The position numbers were made by a program, and so were the translations under genes. From positions 2,425-66,424 of the forward strand of contig JAHWKL010000002.1 in the NCBI GenBank assembly GCA_019347915.1: 64,000 nucleotides of DNA. Reading direction: 5' to 3'. Source of the stretch: Actinomycetota bacterium (GTDB lineage Bacteria; Actinomycetota; Acidimicrobiia; Acidimicrobiales; CADCSY01). The notes under the pieces were generated by a model. The model made no database searches, was not told where the DNA came from, and saw nothing but the letters and a program-made list of their open reading frames with translations. Shown piece after piece: positions 54,060 to 62,876 of the stretch (the first letter of the stretch is position 1; each line of letters opens with the position of its first letter).

Positions 54060-55475
54060 TCAGCCCTGCCCGCCGACCAGGCCGCGCTCGCGCCACCGGG
54101 CGAAGATGCGCCGGACCTCGGCGTCCGCCGCCACCACCGCCTCCTGGGGGCTCGTCTCCCCCCGGGCCGCCCGGGCCATCATCTGGGGCAGCACGAAGGT
54201 GTTGAAGACCTCGCCGATGGCGGCGTTGGCGGGGCCGGGGTGGCCCACGGTGGTGCTCCAGCTCTCGGCGTCGGTCAGCAGGGCCAGCTTGTCCTCGGGC
54301 ACGGACCCGAACGGGTCGCGGGTCAGCCAGTCGTCGAGGTCGGGAACGGTGTCGCGGAAGGCCGGGAAGGTGTACAGCTCGGTGTTGTAGGTGGCGGCGC
54401 TGTAGTTGGCGACGAGGTTCAGGATGAACTCCTGGGCCGCGTCCGGGTTCTGGGCGTGGGTGGGGACGACGTAGATGGGGATGACGTGCTGGCTGGCCAG
54501 GCCGGTGCCGCCCGGCCCTCTCAGCGCCGGGGTGAAGAAGACGTCGTCGGCCACGTCGGGGTTGGCCTGCTGGGCCGTGCGGTAGGCGGAGATGGAGTTG
54601 AGGATGTAGGAGAACTCGCCGGCGATGAGCCCCTGGTTGTTGGATGCCGCGTTCCAGGCGAAGACCTCGGGGGTCATGGTGGCCTGGAACAGCCGGGCCA
54701 TGTAGTCGACGGCCTCCACCGTCTCGGGCGAGTTGAGCACCACGTTCTCGTCGGCGTCCTGCACCGATCCGCCGAACGACCAGATCATGGCCCGGGCCGC
54801 CATGTTGGAGTCGATCTCGTTGGACATCCCGATGCCCATGTGGACGCCCTGCTCCTCGCGGATCCGCGTCCCGCCCTCCAGCAGCTCCTGGTAGGTCGAG
54901 GGCCCGTCGGGCAAGCCGATCTGCTCCCACATGCTGCGGCGGTAGTCGCCCGGGTCGGGCACCCAGCCGTGACAGAACCCGTAGAACTTCCCCGTCGTCG
55001 GGTTGAAGGAGCTGCGGGTGCACAGCTCGGTCTGCTGGCCGAACCGTCCCCGGACCTCCTCGTTGAGGTCGGTGAGGTCGAGCACGCTCGGCTCGAAGGC
55101 CGACGGCGGCGACAGGAGCTCGACCAGGTCATGGCCCTCACCGGCGGCGATCTCCGCCGACAGCCGGGTGCCCAGCTCGGCCAGGTCGATGTGGTCGACC
55201 GACACGTTGACGCCCACCTCCTCGCCCCAGGCGGTGGCGAAGTCGTCGAACCACTGGTCGTGGCGGGGGACGAAGTGGCTCCACTGGAGGATGCGCAGGT
55301 CGCCCGAGAGCTGCCCGGACGGCGGGACGATGCTCGACGACGGGGCCGGGGCGGCATCGCCTCCCGGCTCGCCGGGCTCGGTCCCCGTGCCACCGCAGGC
55401 GGTGGCGACGATCAGACCACTGGCCAACTGCACGAAGCGCCGGCGAGTCATCCCCGGCTGTCCGCTGGGCTCCAT
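54060..55475 (-). CDS. Extracellular solute-binding lipoprotein of sugar ABC importer (Tat signal)
   Basis: ATG at 55475 preceded by GAGGGAGG. MEPSGQPGMTRRRFVQLASGLIVATAC|GG contains a twin-arginine motif plus lipobox. The rest is a family-1 SBP-like body. Confidence 0.9.
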   Translation of the reverse strand: MEPSGQPGMTRRRFVQLASGLIVATACGGTGTEPGEPGGDAAPAPSSSIVPPSGQLSGDLRILQWSHFVPRHDQWFDDFATAWGEEVGVNVSVDHIDLAELGTRLSAEIAAGEGHDLVELLSPPSAFEPSVLDLTDLNEEVRGRFGQQTELCTRSSFNPTTGKFYGFCHGWVPDPGDYRRSMWEQIGLPDGPSTYQELLEGGTRIREEQGVHMGIGMSNEIDSNMAARAMIWSFGGSVQDADENVVLNSPETVEAVDYMARLFQATMTPEVFAWNAASNNQGLIAGEFSYILNSISAYRTAQQANPDVADDVFFTPALRGPGGTGLASQHVIPIYVVPTHAQNPDAAQEFILNLVANYSAATYNTELYTFPAFRDTVPDLDDWLTRDPFGSVPEDKLALLTDAESWSTTVGHPGPANAAIGEVFNTFVLPQMMARAARGETSPQEAVVAADAEVRRIFARWRERGLVGGQG

Positions 55476-55588
55476 CCCTGCCTCCCTCGTTCGCAGGTGC
55501 GGCCCATCTTCATACCGCACGCTGGGCCGGCGTGCAGCGCGCCCGGGGATCAGTCAGTCCAGGCAGTCCGCCCGCGCCCGGGCCGTCG

Positions 55589-56491
55589 TCACAACCAGCG
55601 CCTGAGCCAGGCCTCGGCCGCGGCCACGGCGGGGTCGACGTAGGTGGAGACGTCGTAGAGGTCGATGTGGTTGGTGGTGTCCAGCCACACCGCCTCCTTT
55701 GGCTCGCCGGCACGGGCGAAGGTGGCCTCGGCCCCGGCCGGCGAGCAGTAGTCGTCGGCGCCGCCGTGCACCATCAGCCACGGCGTGGGCGAGATGAAGT
55801 CGGCGCCCACCGCCAGATCGGCGGTGAGCAGCGAGTACAGCGATGTCCGGGTGATCCGGTTCTCCCATCCAGGGCTGCTCGATCGCTCGGTGCCGTAGTA
55901 GGCGAACGGCTCTGCCCCACCCATGAGCGCGGGCGTGTCGTCGTCGCTGACCGCGGCCATGTACTCGACCTCACCGGTGGCGTGCTGGCGGGCGGCCACG
56001 GCCATCTGTTCGGCGAGGACGCCCCGGTAGGAGTCGGCCCCCATCCCGGCACGCATGGCGTGAGGGTCGTTGTAGCCACCCGCCACGGTGACGAGCGCCC
56101 GCACCCGGGGGTCGAAGGCGGCGAAGCGCAGTCCGTAGCCTCCGCCCAGGCAGATCCCGACGCAGCCCAGGCGGTCGGCGTCGACCGCCGGGTGGGCGGC
56201 AAGCCAGCTGAGGGCGTCCCGCAGATCGTTGAGCTTGCCCGCGGGATCCTCGTGCTGGCGAGGGTTGCCGTCACTGGCGCCGAAGCCGCGGTGATCGAAG
56301 GCCAGGGTGACGTACCCGGCGTCCGCCAGGGCCTCGGCGTAGCGCCCCGTCACCTGCTCCTTCACCCCGGTGAGGGGACCGGTGAACACCAGCCCGGGCA
56401 GTGGTCCCGGTGCGTCGGGCGGGACACGGAGATGGCCGGCGAGCTCCAGGCCATCGCTCGTGAACGTCACCTCCGTCTGGTCCACCACCAT
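55589..56491 (-). CDS. Alpha/beta hydrolase, dienelactone-hydrolase-like (Cys nucleophile)
   Basis: 300 aa. HRGFGASDG; the nucleophile elbow is GICLGGG (Cys in place of Ser, as in DLH GYCLGG); C-terminal HGGADDY..NHIDLY. Confidence 0.8.
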   Translation of the reverse strand: MVVDQTEVTFTSDGLELAGHLRVPPDAPGPLPGLVFTGPLTGVKEQVTGRYAEALADAGYVTLAFDHRGFGASDGNPRQHEDPAGKLNDLRDALSWLAAHPAVDADRLGCVGICLGGGYGLRFAAFDPRVRALVTVAGGYNDPHAMRAGMGADSYRGVLAEQMAVAARQHATGEVEYMAAVSDDDTPALMGGAEPFAYYGTERSSSPGWENRITRTSLYSLLTADLAVGADFISPTPWLMVHGGADDYCSPAGAEATFARAGEPKEAVWLDTTNHIDLYDVSTYVDPAVAAAEAWLRRWL

Positions 56492-56555
56492 CCATCATGG
56501 CGGTACCGTCCTCCGCCGGCCACCCGGACGGCTCCCCAACGGGTCGGCGCCACGT

Positions 56556-56990
56556 TCACTCCCGCCGATCGAGGGACGACTGCAACCACGCCCGCAGCTG
56601 GGCCAATGGGGCGGCTCCGACCTGGCGAGCCACCTCCTTGCCGTGGCGCAACACGACCAGGGTGGGGATCCCGCGCACGCCCAACCGGGCCTGGAGCGAC
56701 GGCGCGTCGTCGACGTTGACCTTGACCAGCTTGCAGCGGCCGGCGAGCTCGCTCGCCAGCTCCTCCAGCAAGGGGCTGATCGTACGACACGGCCCGCACC
56801 ACGGAGCCCAGAGGTCCACGACCACGGGAAGGGGACTGCGCTCCGCCACGTCGGCGAAGGTGGCGTCGTCGGCGTCGACGATCCACGCCAGCGGGTCCTT
56901 GCATCGGGCACAACGAGGTGAGCCGCTCGCCGCGGCTGGGATCCGGTTGCGCGTGCCGCACGAGGAGCAGCTCACCACCGACGGTGCCAC
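56556..56990 (-). CDS. trxC: Thioredoxin, TrxC/Trx2 type with N-terminal zinc finger
   Basis: GTG at 56990 with GGAAGGAG upstream gives 144 aa. SCSSCGTRNRIP...PRCARCKDPL contributes two CxxC pairs, followed by the active site WAPWCGPCR. The 234-aa ORF in the track is an upstream over-extension. Confidence 0.85.
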   Translation of the reverse strand: MAPSVVSCSSCGTRNRIPAAASGSPRCARCKDPLAWIVDADDATFADVAERSPLPVVVDLWAPWCGPCRTISPLLEELASELAGRCKLVKVNVDDAPSLQARLGVRGIPTLVVLRHGKEVARQVGAAPLAQLRAWLQSSLDRRE

Positions 56991-57202
56991 CGATGACTCC
57001 TTCCCCTTGTTCCTCGCCGCCACCGGGTCTGCCCCTCGACCTCGTCGAGGGCTCCGCCGGCGAGGAAGGCGCCGGAGAGCAGCCTCAGGCCGTCGCCGCT
57101 GAGGTGCTCGAACCAGCCGCGGTCGCTGGCGGCGATCGTCATCGCCGGCCGCCGGTGGCGTTCGCCGAAAGGTGGCGCCCGAAAGCAGCGACGACGACAC
57201 CC

Positions 57203-57985
57203 CTACGTGTTCAGCGCGTCGGTACGACGTCGGAGGGCCCGGCGAGCGGCAGCGGACCACGAATGGGACACCGCAGGGTGGCCGACCACCCGCTCCAGCA
57301 GGCGGACGTCGTCGGTGCGCCTCGATTCCGCCAGCTCCGCCACGGTCAGGTGCTCATCGGGCCTCGACACGAGCTCGACGGCGTCGCCGCCGGTGACGCT
57401 GCCCTCCTCCACGATGCGGAGGTAGGCGCCGAAGCGCCCCACCATCTCGAACAGCGGGACGAAGTCCGCCGTGTCCATGCGGAGGCCCAGCTTGAAGCAC
57501 GGCATCCGGGGCTCGCTGACCTCGAGCACGCAGGTGCCGATCCTCCAGCGCTCACCGACCCACGCCCCGTTCACGTCGAACCCCTCCACGGTGAGGTTCT
57601 CGCCGAACGTTCCTGGCCCGAGCTCGACCCCCAGCTCGCCACTCCACCACCGGTAGTCCTCCAGCCCGTATGCGTAGACGGCCTTGTGGACCCCGCCGTG
57701 GACGCGCCGGTCGGCCTGGTCGTCACCCGCGAGGTTCACGCCTCGCACCGCCACGGGGCCGGCGACCGGATCCTTCCAGATGGCGGTGCGGACCAGGCGC
57801 CCGTGCCACTCGACCTCCCGGGAGGCACCGACGTTGACCGAAACGAGATTCCCGATCCGTTCAGCCGTGGCGGTGCTCCTCCCCGCGGTGCCGACCCTCG
57901 TCTTCACCGACTGGCCGCGCTTGCTCTCATAGGTGTAGCAGCCCTGCCAGGTGGCCGGCGGAGTCGTCTTCTCGTCGCGCCGCAT
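57203..57985 (-). CDS. MOSC domain protein (YiiM-like)
   Basis: VHGGVHKAVYAY..EDY..GTFGENLTVEG..GERWRIG..VLEVSEPRMPCFKLGLRM...GAYLRIVEEGSVTGGDAVELV. The true start may be GTG 57907. Confidence 0.8.
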   Translation of the reverse strand: MRRDEKTTPPATWQGCYTYESKRGQSVKTRVGTAGRSTATAERIGNLVSVNVGASREVEWHGRLVRTAIWKDPVAGPVAVRGVNLAGDDQADRRVHGGVHKAVYAYGLEDYRWWSGELGVELGPGTFGENLTVEGFDVNGAWVGERWRIGTCVLEVSEPRMPCFKLGLRMDTADFVPLFEMVGRFGAYLRIVEEGSVTGGDAVELVSRPDEHLTVAELAESRRTDDVRLLERVVGHPAVSHSWSAAARRALRRRTDALNT

Positions 57986-58062
57986 CTGCTCGAATGGACA
58001 AAGAGATGGCCAGCTGCGGGAGCTGAACAGGGTCCGCCCCGAGCTGCCGGCGCCGACGGGCT

Positions 58063-58944
58063 TCAGAACAGGGTCGGTGGCTCGGGCGCATCATCCCTTG
58101 GCGCCACGCGTCGCTGGCTGCCGGCGGCCGTCGGCCGTTCCGCGGCCGGCGACGGGCTCATCAGGGAGTCGGCCCATGCCCGGATCCGAGCGTTCGGATC
58201 GTCCTTCGCCAGCGCGTAGGCAGCCTCCGGGCCCTGCTGTTCAGCGATGCGGGCCAGGCCGAGCCGGCGAACCGCCTGGTCTGGCCATTGGATCGCCTCC
58301 GTGACCAGCAGTTCCTGTACTTGTGGGACGAGGCTGTCGATGGCGTCGAGCAGACCTGCGGCCACGGCCGCTCCCCGGCGAGCATCGAGGGCCCGGGCCC
58401 GGGCGAGCACGGGACCCCAGGCGCCCGAATCCCGCCTCGCAGCGTGCGCGGCAGCCCACCTGCGCAGCGGCGGAGCGACCTCGCGCCGGACGACAGTAGG
58501 TCCGTCCGGCACCGACTCCTCTTCACTGACCGCCGACACGTCGTGATCCTCGTCGATGACGACGACGATGACTTCATCGCCCAGCCACTCGTCGGGGAGT
58601 TGCCAGTAGACGGCTTCGTCGGCGGCGAGAAACGTCCGGGTGAGAAGGTCGAGCTGCTCCTCGTCGAGGATGTCGGACTCCGCGATCCTTCGGACGAGGT
58701 CCCCGACGCCGCCACGCCAGCGCAGATCGGTGACCAGGAGGATGGCCGTGACGGCAGAGGTGGACGGCTCGGTCTCATGGTGCTTCTGAAGGAGGGCGAA
58801 CGCCTCGTCGGCATCGGCGCTGCGACGGATCGGCGGGTGCAGCACGAGGATGCGGTGAAGCTCGTCGGCGGTCCTGGCCGACCAGAGGTCGGCCACCTCA
58901 CGCATACCATCTTCTGGGTCGACCCGGCGCCGCATCCCCATCAC
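58063..58944 (-). CDS. Hypothetical protein with C-terminal HEAT-like repeats
   Basis: 293 aa, acidic. The C-terminal part DQAVRRLGLARIAEQQGPEAAYALAKDDPNARIRAWA resembles PBS-lyase HEAT-like repeats. No other family was recognised. Confidence 0.55.
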   Translation of the reverse strand: MMGMRRRVDPEDGMREVADLWSARTADELHRILVLHPPIRRSADADEAFALLQKHHETEPSTSAVTAILLVTDLRWRGGVGDLVRRIAESDILDEEQLDLLTRTFLAADEAVYWQLPDEWLGDEVIVVVIDEDHDVSAVSEEESVPDGPTVVRREVAPPLRRWAAAHAARRDSGAWGPVLARARALDARRGAAVAAGLLDAIDSLVPQVQELLVTEAIQWPDQAVRRLGLARIAEQQGPEAAYALAKDDPNARIRAWADSLMSPSPAAERPTAAGSQRRVAPRDDAPEPPTLF

Positions 58945-58980
58945 GGATTCGGCGGTCGCCTCGAAGGGGGTCCCACGGTG

Positions 58981-59313
58981 TCAGGCCGCCGGCTGCTTGC
59001 CGAGCTCGATCGGCACGCGACGGTCTTCATCGTCGAACACCGCGACGAGCTCCAGCCGAGCGCCGAGCGCTTCGAGATACTGCCGCAACGTTGAGATGCG
59101 CACATTGTCGGCGTGTTCGAACTTGGAGATGGCCCCCTGGGTGATCTCCAGGCGACCGGCCAGCTCGGCCTGGCTCACGGCCTCGGCATGACGGAGCTCG
59201 TAGAGACGGAGCTCCTCCCGCGACCGCTCCCGGGCTTCCGCGACCGCTTCTTCGGCTCCCGGCTTCGACCGCAATTCGGCCCGCACGATTGACCACTTGG
59301 TGTGACCACTCAT
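58981..59313 (-). CDS. XRE-family HTH protein (HigA-like antitoxin or controller protein)
   Basis: 110 aa. VSQAELAGRLEITQGAISKFEHADNVRISTLRQYLEALG is a Cro/C1-type HTH. Its ATG overlaps the stop of the upstream ORF by 1 nt (TGATG). Confidence 0.8.
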   Translation of the reverse strand: MSGHTKWSIVRAELRSKPGAEEAVAEARERSREELRLYELRHAEAVSQAELAGRLEITQGAISKFEHADNVRISTLRQYLEALGARLELVAVFDDEDRRVPIELGKQPAA

Positions 59314-59993
59314 CAGATCCAGCCCTTCTCACGCAGCTCGTCGAGGTAGACGTCGTACAGCTCCTCCGCAGCCGGGACGGCCCACTCGTACCACTCGTTC
59401 CATTGCGATTTCGTTGTACTCAGCGGCGGTCTCGGCGAAGTGTTCGCGCAGCGAGAGCCGGAGGTCTCGACGCCCATCGTCGTACCGAAGGTCGGTGAAC
59501 GTGAACACCCCTCGGGGCTGCTTACGCGCAGCGGCGAGAACGAGCGACGAAATCGCCCGGCTCCGCTTGGCGCCGCTGAGAAGGTCGATGTGCGACCACG
59601 CTGAGTCGAGGAACGCCCGGTCCTCGGGGGTGAAGTAGAGCCCGTCGAACGTGGTCTGGATGAAGTCTCGGCTGTCGGCCGCCGGACCGGTGATTCGCGC
59701 GACATCCCCGTCCGTGAGGGTGACAGCGTTGTTAGCGACGGAAGCGTCCGCAATCACCGTCGGGAACGAGAGAAAGTCGTTCGAGGTGACAGCGTAGCCC
59801 ATCGACTTCAGGGTGTAAGACACGCCACCACTGCCCGAGAACGCATCGAGCGCTGAGGCACCACCGAGCTCCCGAAGAGTTCGGCAAGGTGGGGAACCAG
59901 CCGATGCTTCGACCCCATGTACCTCAACCTCGGGAATCTCGCTGCGGCAGCAGCCGCGTGCTCGGCTCGAGACAGCGGTGCGGTCATGGCCAT
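59313..59993 (-). pseudogene. D12-class-like SAM-dependent DNA methyltransferase remnant (at least 2 frameshifts, catalytic motif not found)
   Basis: N-terminus FPRLRYMGSKHRLVPHLAELFG. After a -1 slip in a G run (~59868-59876) it reads ELGGASALDAFSGSGGVSYTLKSMGYAVTSNDF (FxGxG motif I). A second slip (~59395-59415) joins ..FAETAAEYNEI to QWNEWYEWAVPAAEELYDVYLDELREKGWI*. No (D/N)PP(Y/F) motif appears in any frame. Confidence 0.55.
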
Positions 59994-60528
59994 GTCGAAC
60001 AACGTGGGCGGCCGCCCGGCGCCCCTGGCGGACCGGGGGTCAGATTTCGGCCGGGCCATCCTGGCCTCCTGGCGTTCGTCGGATCAGAGGGTCCTCGGCC
60101 GAGCTGCCGGGCGCGAGCGCCGGCAGTACCGACATCATGCCGCAGCCCCTGTGACACCCACTCTCCACCACGGCCCCGCGCGGGGCGGGCGCCACCTTGA
60201 TGTGACCGGAGCGCGCTACGCGGCGGGCGCCGCACCGATCCTCAGGATGAAGTAGCGGGCGTCCTTCACACGCTGCCTGAGGCCCCGAGCTGGCGCAGGT
60301 TGAAACTCCCCGAGCGGCCATGCGTCGCGATGTCGAACTCATAGAACAGGGCGAGGACATTTTCGATGTCTTCCTCCACCAAGTCCTCGAAGTCGTCGTC
60401 AGCGGGGCCCGCTCGCCTCAGACAAAGCGAATGCGAGCTCGCCGGGAGATGTCGCCTTGCCCGTACGATCGCAGGCCGGATCGTCGTGCTCAACGACCTC
60501 CCCTGGTGGTGCCAGACGCTCGAGGACA

Positions 60529-60849
60529 TCAGCGCCGCGAAGAAAGCCGACGCGGGCTCGAGAATGCGTTGGCTCGCCGCAGCTCACGGTTCTCCTGCTC
60601 CAACGCCTTGATCCGCGCCCGGTCCTCGCTCGAGGTGCCCGCCTTCAGGCCCTCGTCGACGTCGGCGCGCTTGACCCACTTGCGCACCGTCTCGACTCCG
60701 TACCCCAGCTGATCGGCGACCCGCTGGATCGTCCCGTGCTCGGTGCCCAGCTCCCGGCGCAGCTGACGAACCAACCGCACCGCCTGGGCCTTCTCCTCCT
60801 CTGAGTACCGACGCGTCGTCGGCCTCCCCGGCTTGATCTCCTTCGGCAT
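60529..60849 (-). pseudogene. IS3-family transposase OrfA (HTH), 3'-disrupted
   Basis: ATG 60849 with GAGGATGGAG upstream. MPKEIKPGRPTTRRYSEEEKAQAVRLVRQL...TIQRVADQLGYGVETVRKWVKRADVDEG...LEQENRELRRANA. A 1-nt loss then turns the expected ILxxASAFFAAELD into FSSPRRLSSRR*. Confidence 0.75.
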
Positions 60850-60903
60850 GACTCCATCCTCGTTTCCAAGGTCTGGAGCCTCCAACCAACCCAGGGCGGT
60901 TCA
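60534..60903 (-). mobile_element. IS3-family (IS6110-like) insertion sequence stump: left IR + orfA only
   Basis: The minus strand from 60903 reads TGAACCGCCCTGGGTTGGTTGGAGGCTCCAGACCTTGGAAACGAGGATGGAGTCATG. This closely resembles the IS6110 left end as I remember it (TGAACCGCCCCGGCATGTCCGGAGACTCCAGTTCTTGGAAAGGATGGGGTCATG). Similarity ends after GCGTCGGCTTTCTTCGCGGC (breakpoint 60533/60534). orfB (DDE) is absent. Confidence 0.75.
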
Positions 60904-61746
60904 GTGAGCGCAGCGGAGGCGGCCTCGGCCCACGTCGTCCACGCCGTGGTGGAGGAGGTGGTGGTGCTGGAGGCGGCCAAGGCCCGCGACGAGGCCCGGC
61001 GTCTCGCCGCCGAGGGCGACTTCACCGGCGGACAGAGCCTGCTGCGGGCATCGGCGCACCAACTGCGTCTCAGCGCCATCGGCTCGGCCAAGTCCGACGA
61101 GCTGCTGGCCGAGGCCGACATGCTCGACGACACCGGGGCCTCGCTGGCCCCGAGCTCCTACGACGCCAGCGCCCGCAAGCGCCTCCACGGTGCCGCCATG
61201 CGCCGGGAGCTGCGTCGCCTCGGTGTGCAGCGTGTGGCGCCCGAAGAGCTGGAAGGCATGGTGATCGACGCCTGCTTCGAGCTGTTCGACTGCGGAGCGG
61301 CCTGGGACCCGACGGGCGGCGCCCTGCCGTGGACGTGGGCCGGGCGGCGCCTACGCCGGGTTGCCTCGGCGTGGGTCGGCCAGCACGCCGACGAGCTCGA
61401 TGTCGAGCGCTTCGACGCAGGCGCCGACGCCCGAGGCCCGACCCTGGTCGACGACGAGGCCGAGCTCGACGTGCTGGCGCGCCTGGCCGAACGCCACGCC
61501 GGCTGCGCGCTGGTGCTCGACGCACTGGAGCACGTGGCCAGCCGGCGCGACCGGGCCATCGTGTTGGAAGTACGGGTGCAGATGGCCAGCGGCGATCCCT
61601 CCCCCGCGCTCACCGTGGCCCGCCGCCACGGCCTGACGCCTGAGGTCGTCCGCCAGGTGGTCTGCCGGGTCCGGGCACGCCTCAACCACCTGGCAGCCCA
61701 CGACGACCGGTTCGCGCCGCTGGCTGACGTGCCGCCCGTCGCATGA
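60904..61746 (+). CDS. 5'-truncated ORF abutting the IS end; the internal ATG at 61198 begins a sigma-70/ECF-like HTH protein
   Basis: The ORF begins at the base next to the IS inverted repeat. Its first 95 aa (..ARDEARRLAAEGDFTGGQSLLRASAHQL..ELLAEADMLDD..YDASARKRLH) resemble C-terminal tails of actinobacterial VWA proteins (from memory). From M99 on: region-2-like EELEGMVIDACFELFDCGAAWDP..LPWTWAGRRLRR and region-4-like RDRAIVLEVRV...LTVARRHGLTPEVVRQVVCRVRARL. Confidence 0.45.
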   Translation: MSAAEAASAHVVHAVVEEVVVLEAAKARDEARRLAAEGDFTGGQSLLRASAHQLRLSAIGSAKSDELLAEADMLDDTGASLAPSSYDASARKRLHGAAMRRELRRLGVQRVAPEELEGMVIDACFELFDCGAAWDPTGGALPWTWAGRRLRRVASAWVGQHADELDVERFDAGADARGPTLVDDEAELDVLARLAERHAGCALVLDALEHVASRRDRAIVLEVRVQMASGDPSPALTVARRHGLTPEVVRQVVCRVRARLNHLAAHDDRFAPLADVPPVA

Positions 61747-61797
61747 CGGCCGAAACTCTTTCCTCAGGGGCCGGCGCGCTCAGATGACGCGCTCGCT

Positions 61798-61858
61798 GGG
61801 GTCTTCCTTACTCAAGCTCACCCTGGCCACACGTCGATATATGAGGGACGGACATGAT
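61798..61858 (+). repeat. 61-nt intergenic element, copy 1
   Basis: ggggtcttccttactcaagctcaccctggccacacgtcgatatatgagggacggacatgat. It matches copy 2 at 54 of 61 positions without gaps and ends 21 nt before the ATG at 61880. Confidence 0.85.
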
Positions 61859-61879
61859 TCGGTGCCATGGGAGGACCGG

Positions 61880-62065
61880 ATGGACATCAACGATGCACCT
61901 GCGGCTGACCCAGCCCGAGTCGCTTCTCGACCCAGAGCTCGCCACCGATACGGAGGCACCTGCCACCGATGCGGACGAGCGATCACGGTCCAAGAGGGCG
62001 GGCGCGGCGCAGACCTACTCGTCTTGGACTACGACGAGACCTGGGTTCATGCTGGTTGCCTCTAG
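61880..62065 (+). CDS. Small hypothetical protein with zinc-ribbon-like CxxC...HxxC
   Basis: 61 aa. GGGAGGA lies 5 nt upstream of the ATG. MDINDAPAADPARVASRPRARHRYGGTCHRCGRAITVQEGGRGADLLVLDYDETWVHAGCL. Confidence 0.45.
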   Translation: MDINDAPAADPARVASRPRARHRYGGTCHRCGRAITVQEGGRGADLLVLDYDETWVHAGCL

Positions 62066-62269
62066 GACCGGGTATCTGAGGATCGAAGGCATTCACGGCG
62101 GTAAACGCCTGTTGGTGCCACAAAGCGGGTGAGGAGTTCGCCAGTCCGGCTACGTCCGGACCGTGCGGGGTTTCCGGGACTTGCGGCGCTTGCAGATCCG
62201 GCTCCGTCCGGCTCTGTCCGTCGTCGTTCGTTCGACAAGCTGTTTGACACGTTCTGGCGCGGTACATGC

Positions 62270-62515
62270 TCAGCCACGTTGCTGCTCGAGTTCGTGCTCG
62301 ACCGCTCGGCGAGTCCAGCTGGATACAGAGCGATGATCATCGCAGCGCGCCGACGAACCTCCTCCAGGGCGTCACCCCAGGGTCTCCGGCCCGAACCGAA
62401 CCGGGACCATCTCGGTGAGCCTGGACCGGCGGCGGCGACCGGGACCCTGCGGCTCCCGGTTCTCGGGCTCGGCGTAGAACTCGACTTCTTCGGCGCGAGT
62501 CATCTTCTTCGTCAT
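62270..62515 (-). pseudogene. Ribbon-helix-helix (CopG-like) antitoxin-type gene with in-frame TGA / two compensating frameshifts
   Basis: ATG 62515 with GGGAGGA upstream. MTKKMTRAEEVEFYAEPENREPQGPGRRRRSRLTEMVPVRFGPETLG then TGA (62372..62374). The expected continuation DALEEVRRRAA is in another frame. The original frame resumes with DDHRSVSSWTRRAVEHELEQQRG* (stop 62270..62272). Confidence 0.6.
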
Positions 62516-62585
62516 CGGTCCTCCCGCACCGCTCGGCGGTGACAAGGCGTCCGGACATCGTCCGGACAGTGACTATGCTCCCCAC

Positions 62586-62876
62586 ATGAGCGAGCCCGCC
62601 GTCACTCCGTCCCGGCGCCACCGCCTCGAGGTGCGCGTCACTCCCGAGCAGGACGCGCTGATCCGCCAGGCGGCCGATCTCGAGGACACGACCGTGACCG
62701 CCTTCGTGCTGGACACCGTCACCGCCAGGGCCAAGGGCGTGATCAAACAGCGGCAGGACCTGGTGCTGTCCAACGAGGCGTTCGATCGCTTCATCGCCGA
62801 GCTCGACAAGCCAGCCGAGCCGGCACCAGAGCTGGTTGAGCTGTTCAAAGAGAACCCCGCGCTCCGCGACGAGTGA
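62586..62876 (+). CDS. DUF1778 (TacA-type RHH) antitoxin
   Basis: 96 aa. RLEVRVTPEQDALIRQAADLEDTTVTAFVLDTVTARAKGVI plus a C-terminal toxin-binding tail. Its stop overlaps the GTG of the downstream GNAT gene. Confidence 0.85.
   Translation: MSEPAVTPSRRHRLEVRVTPEQDALIRQAADLEDTTVTAFVLDTVTARAKGVIKQRQDLVLSNEAFDRFIAELDKPAEPAPELVELFKENPALRDE

Noticed and set aside
56991-57260. Upstream 90 codons of the 234-aa ORF containing the thioredoxin.
   Set aside because: The translation is R/P-rich, and an internal GTG with a strong GGAAGGAG RBS gives a canonical 144-aa Trx2-type protein.
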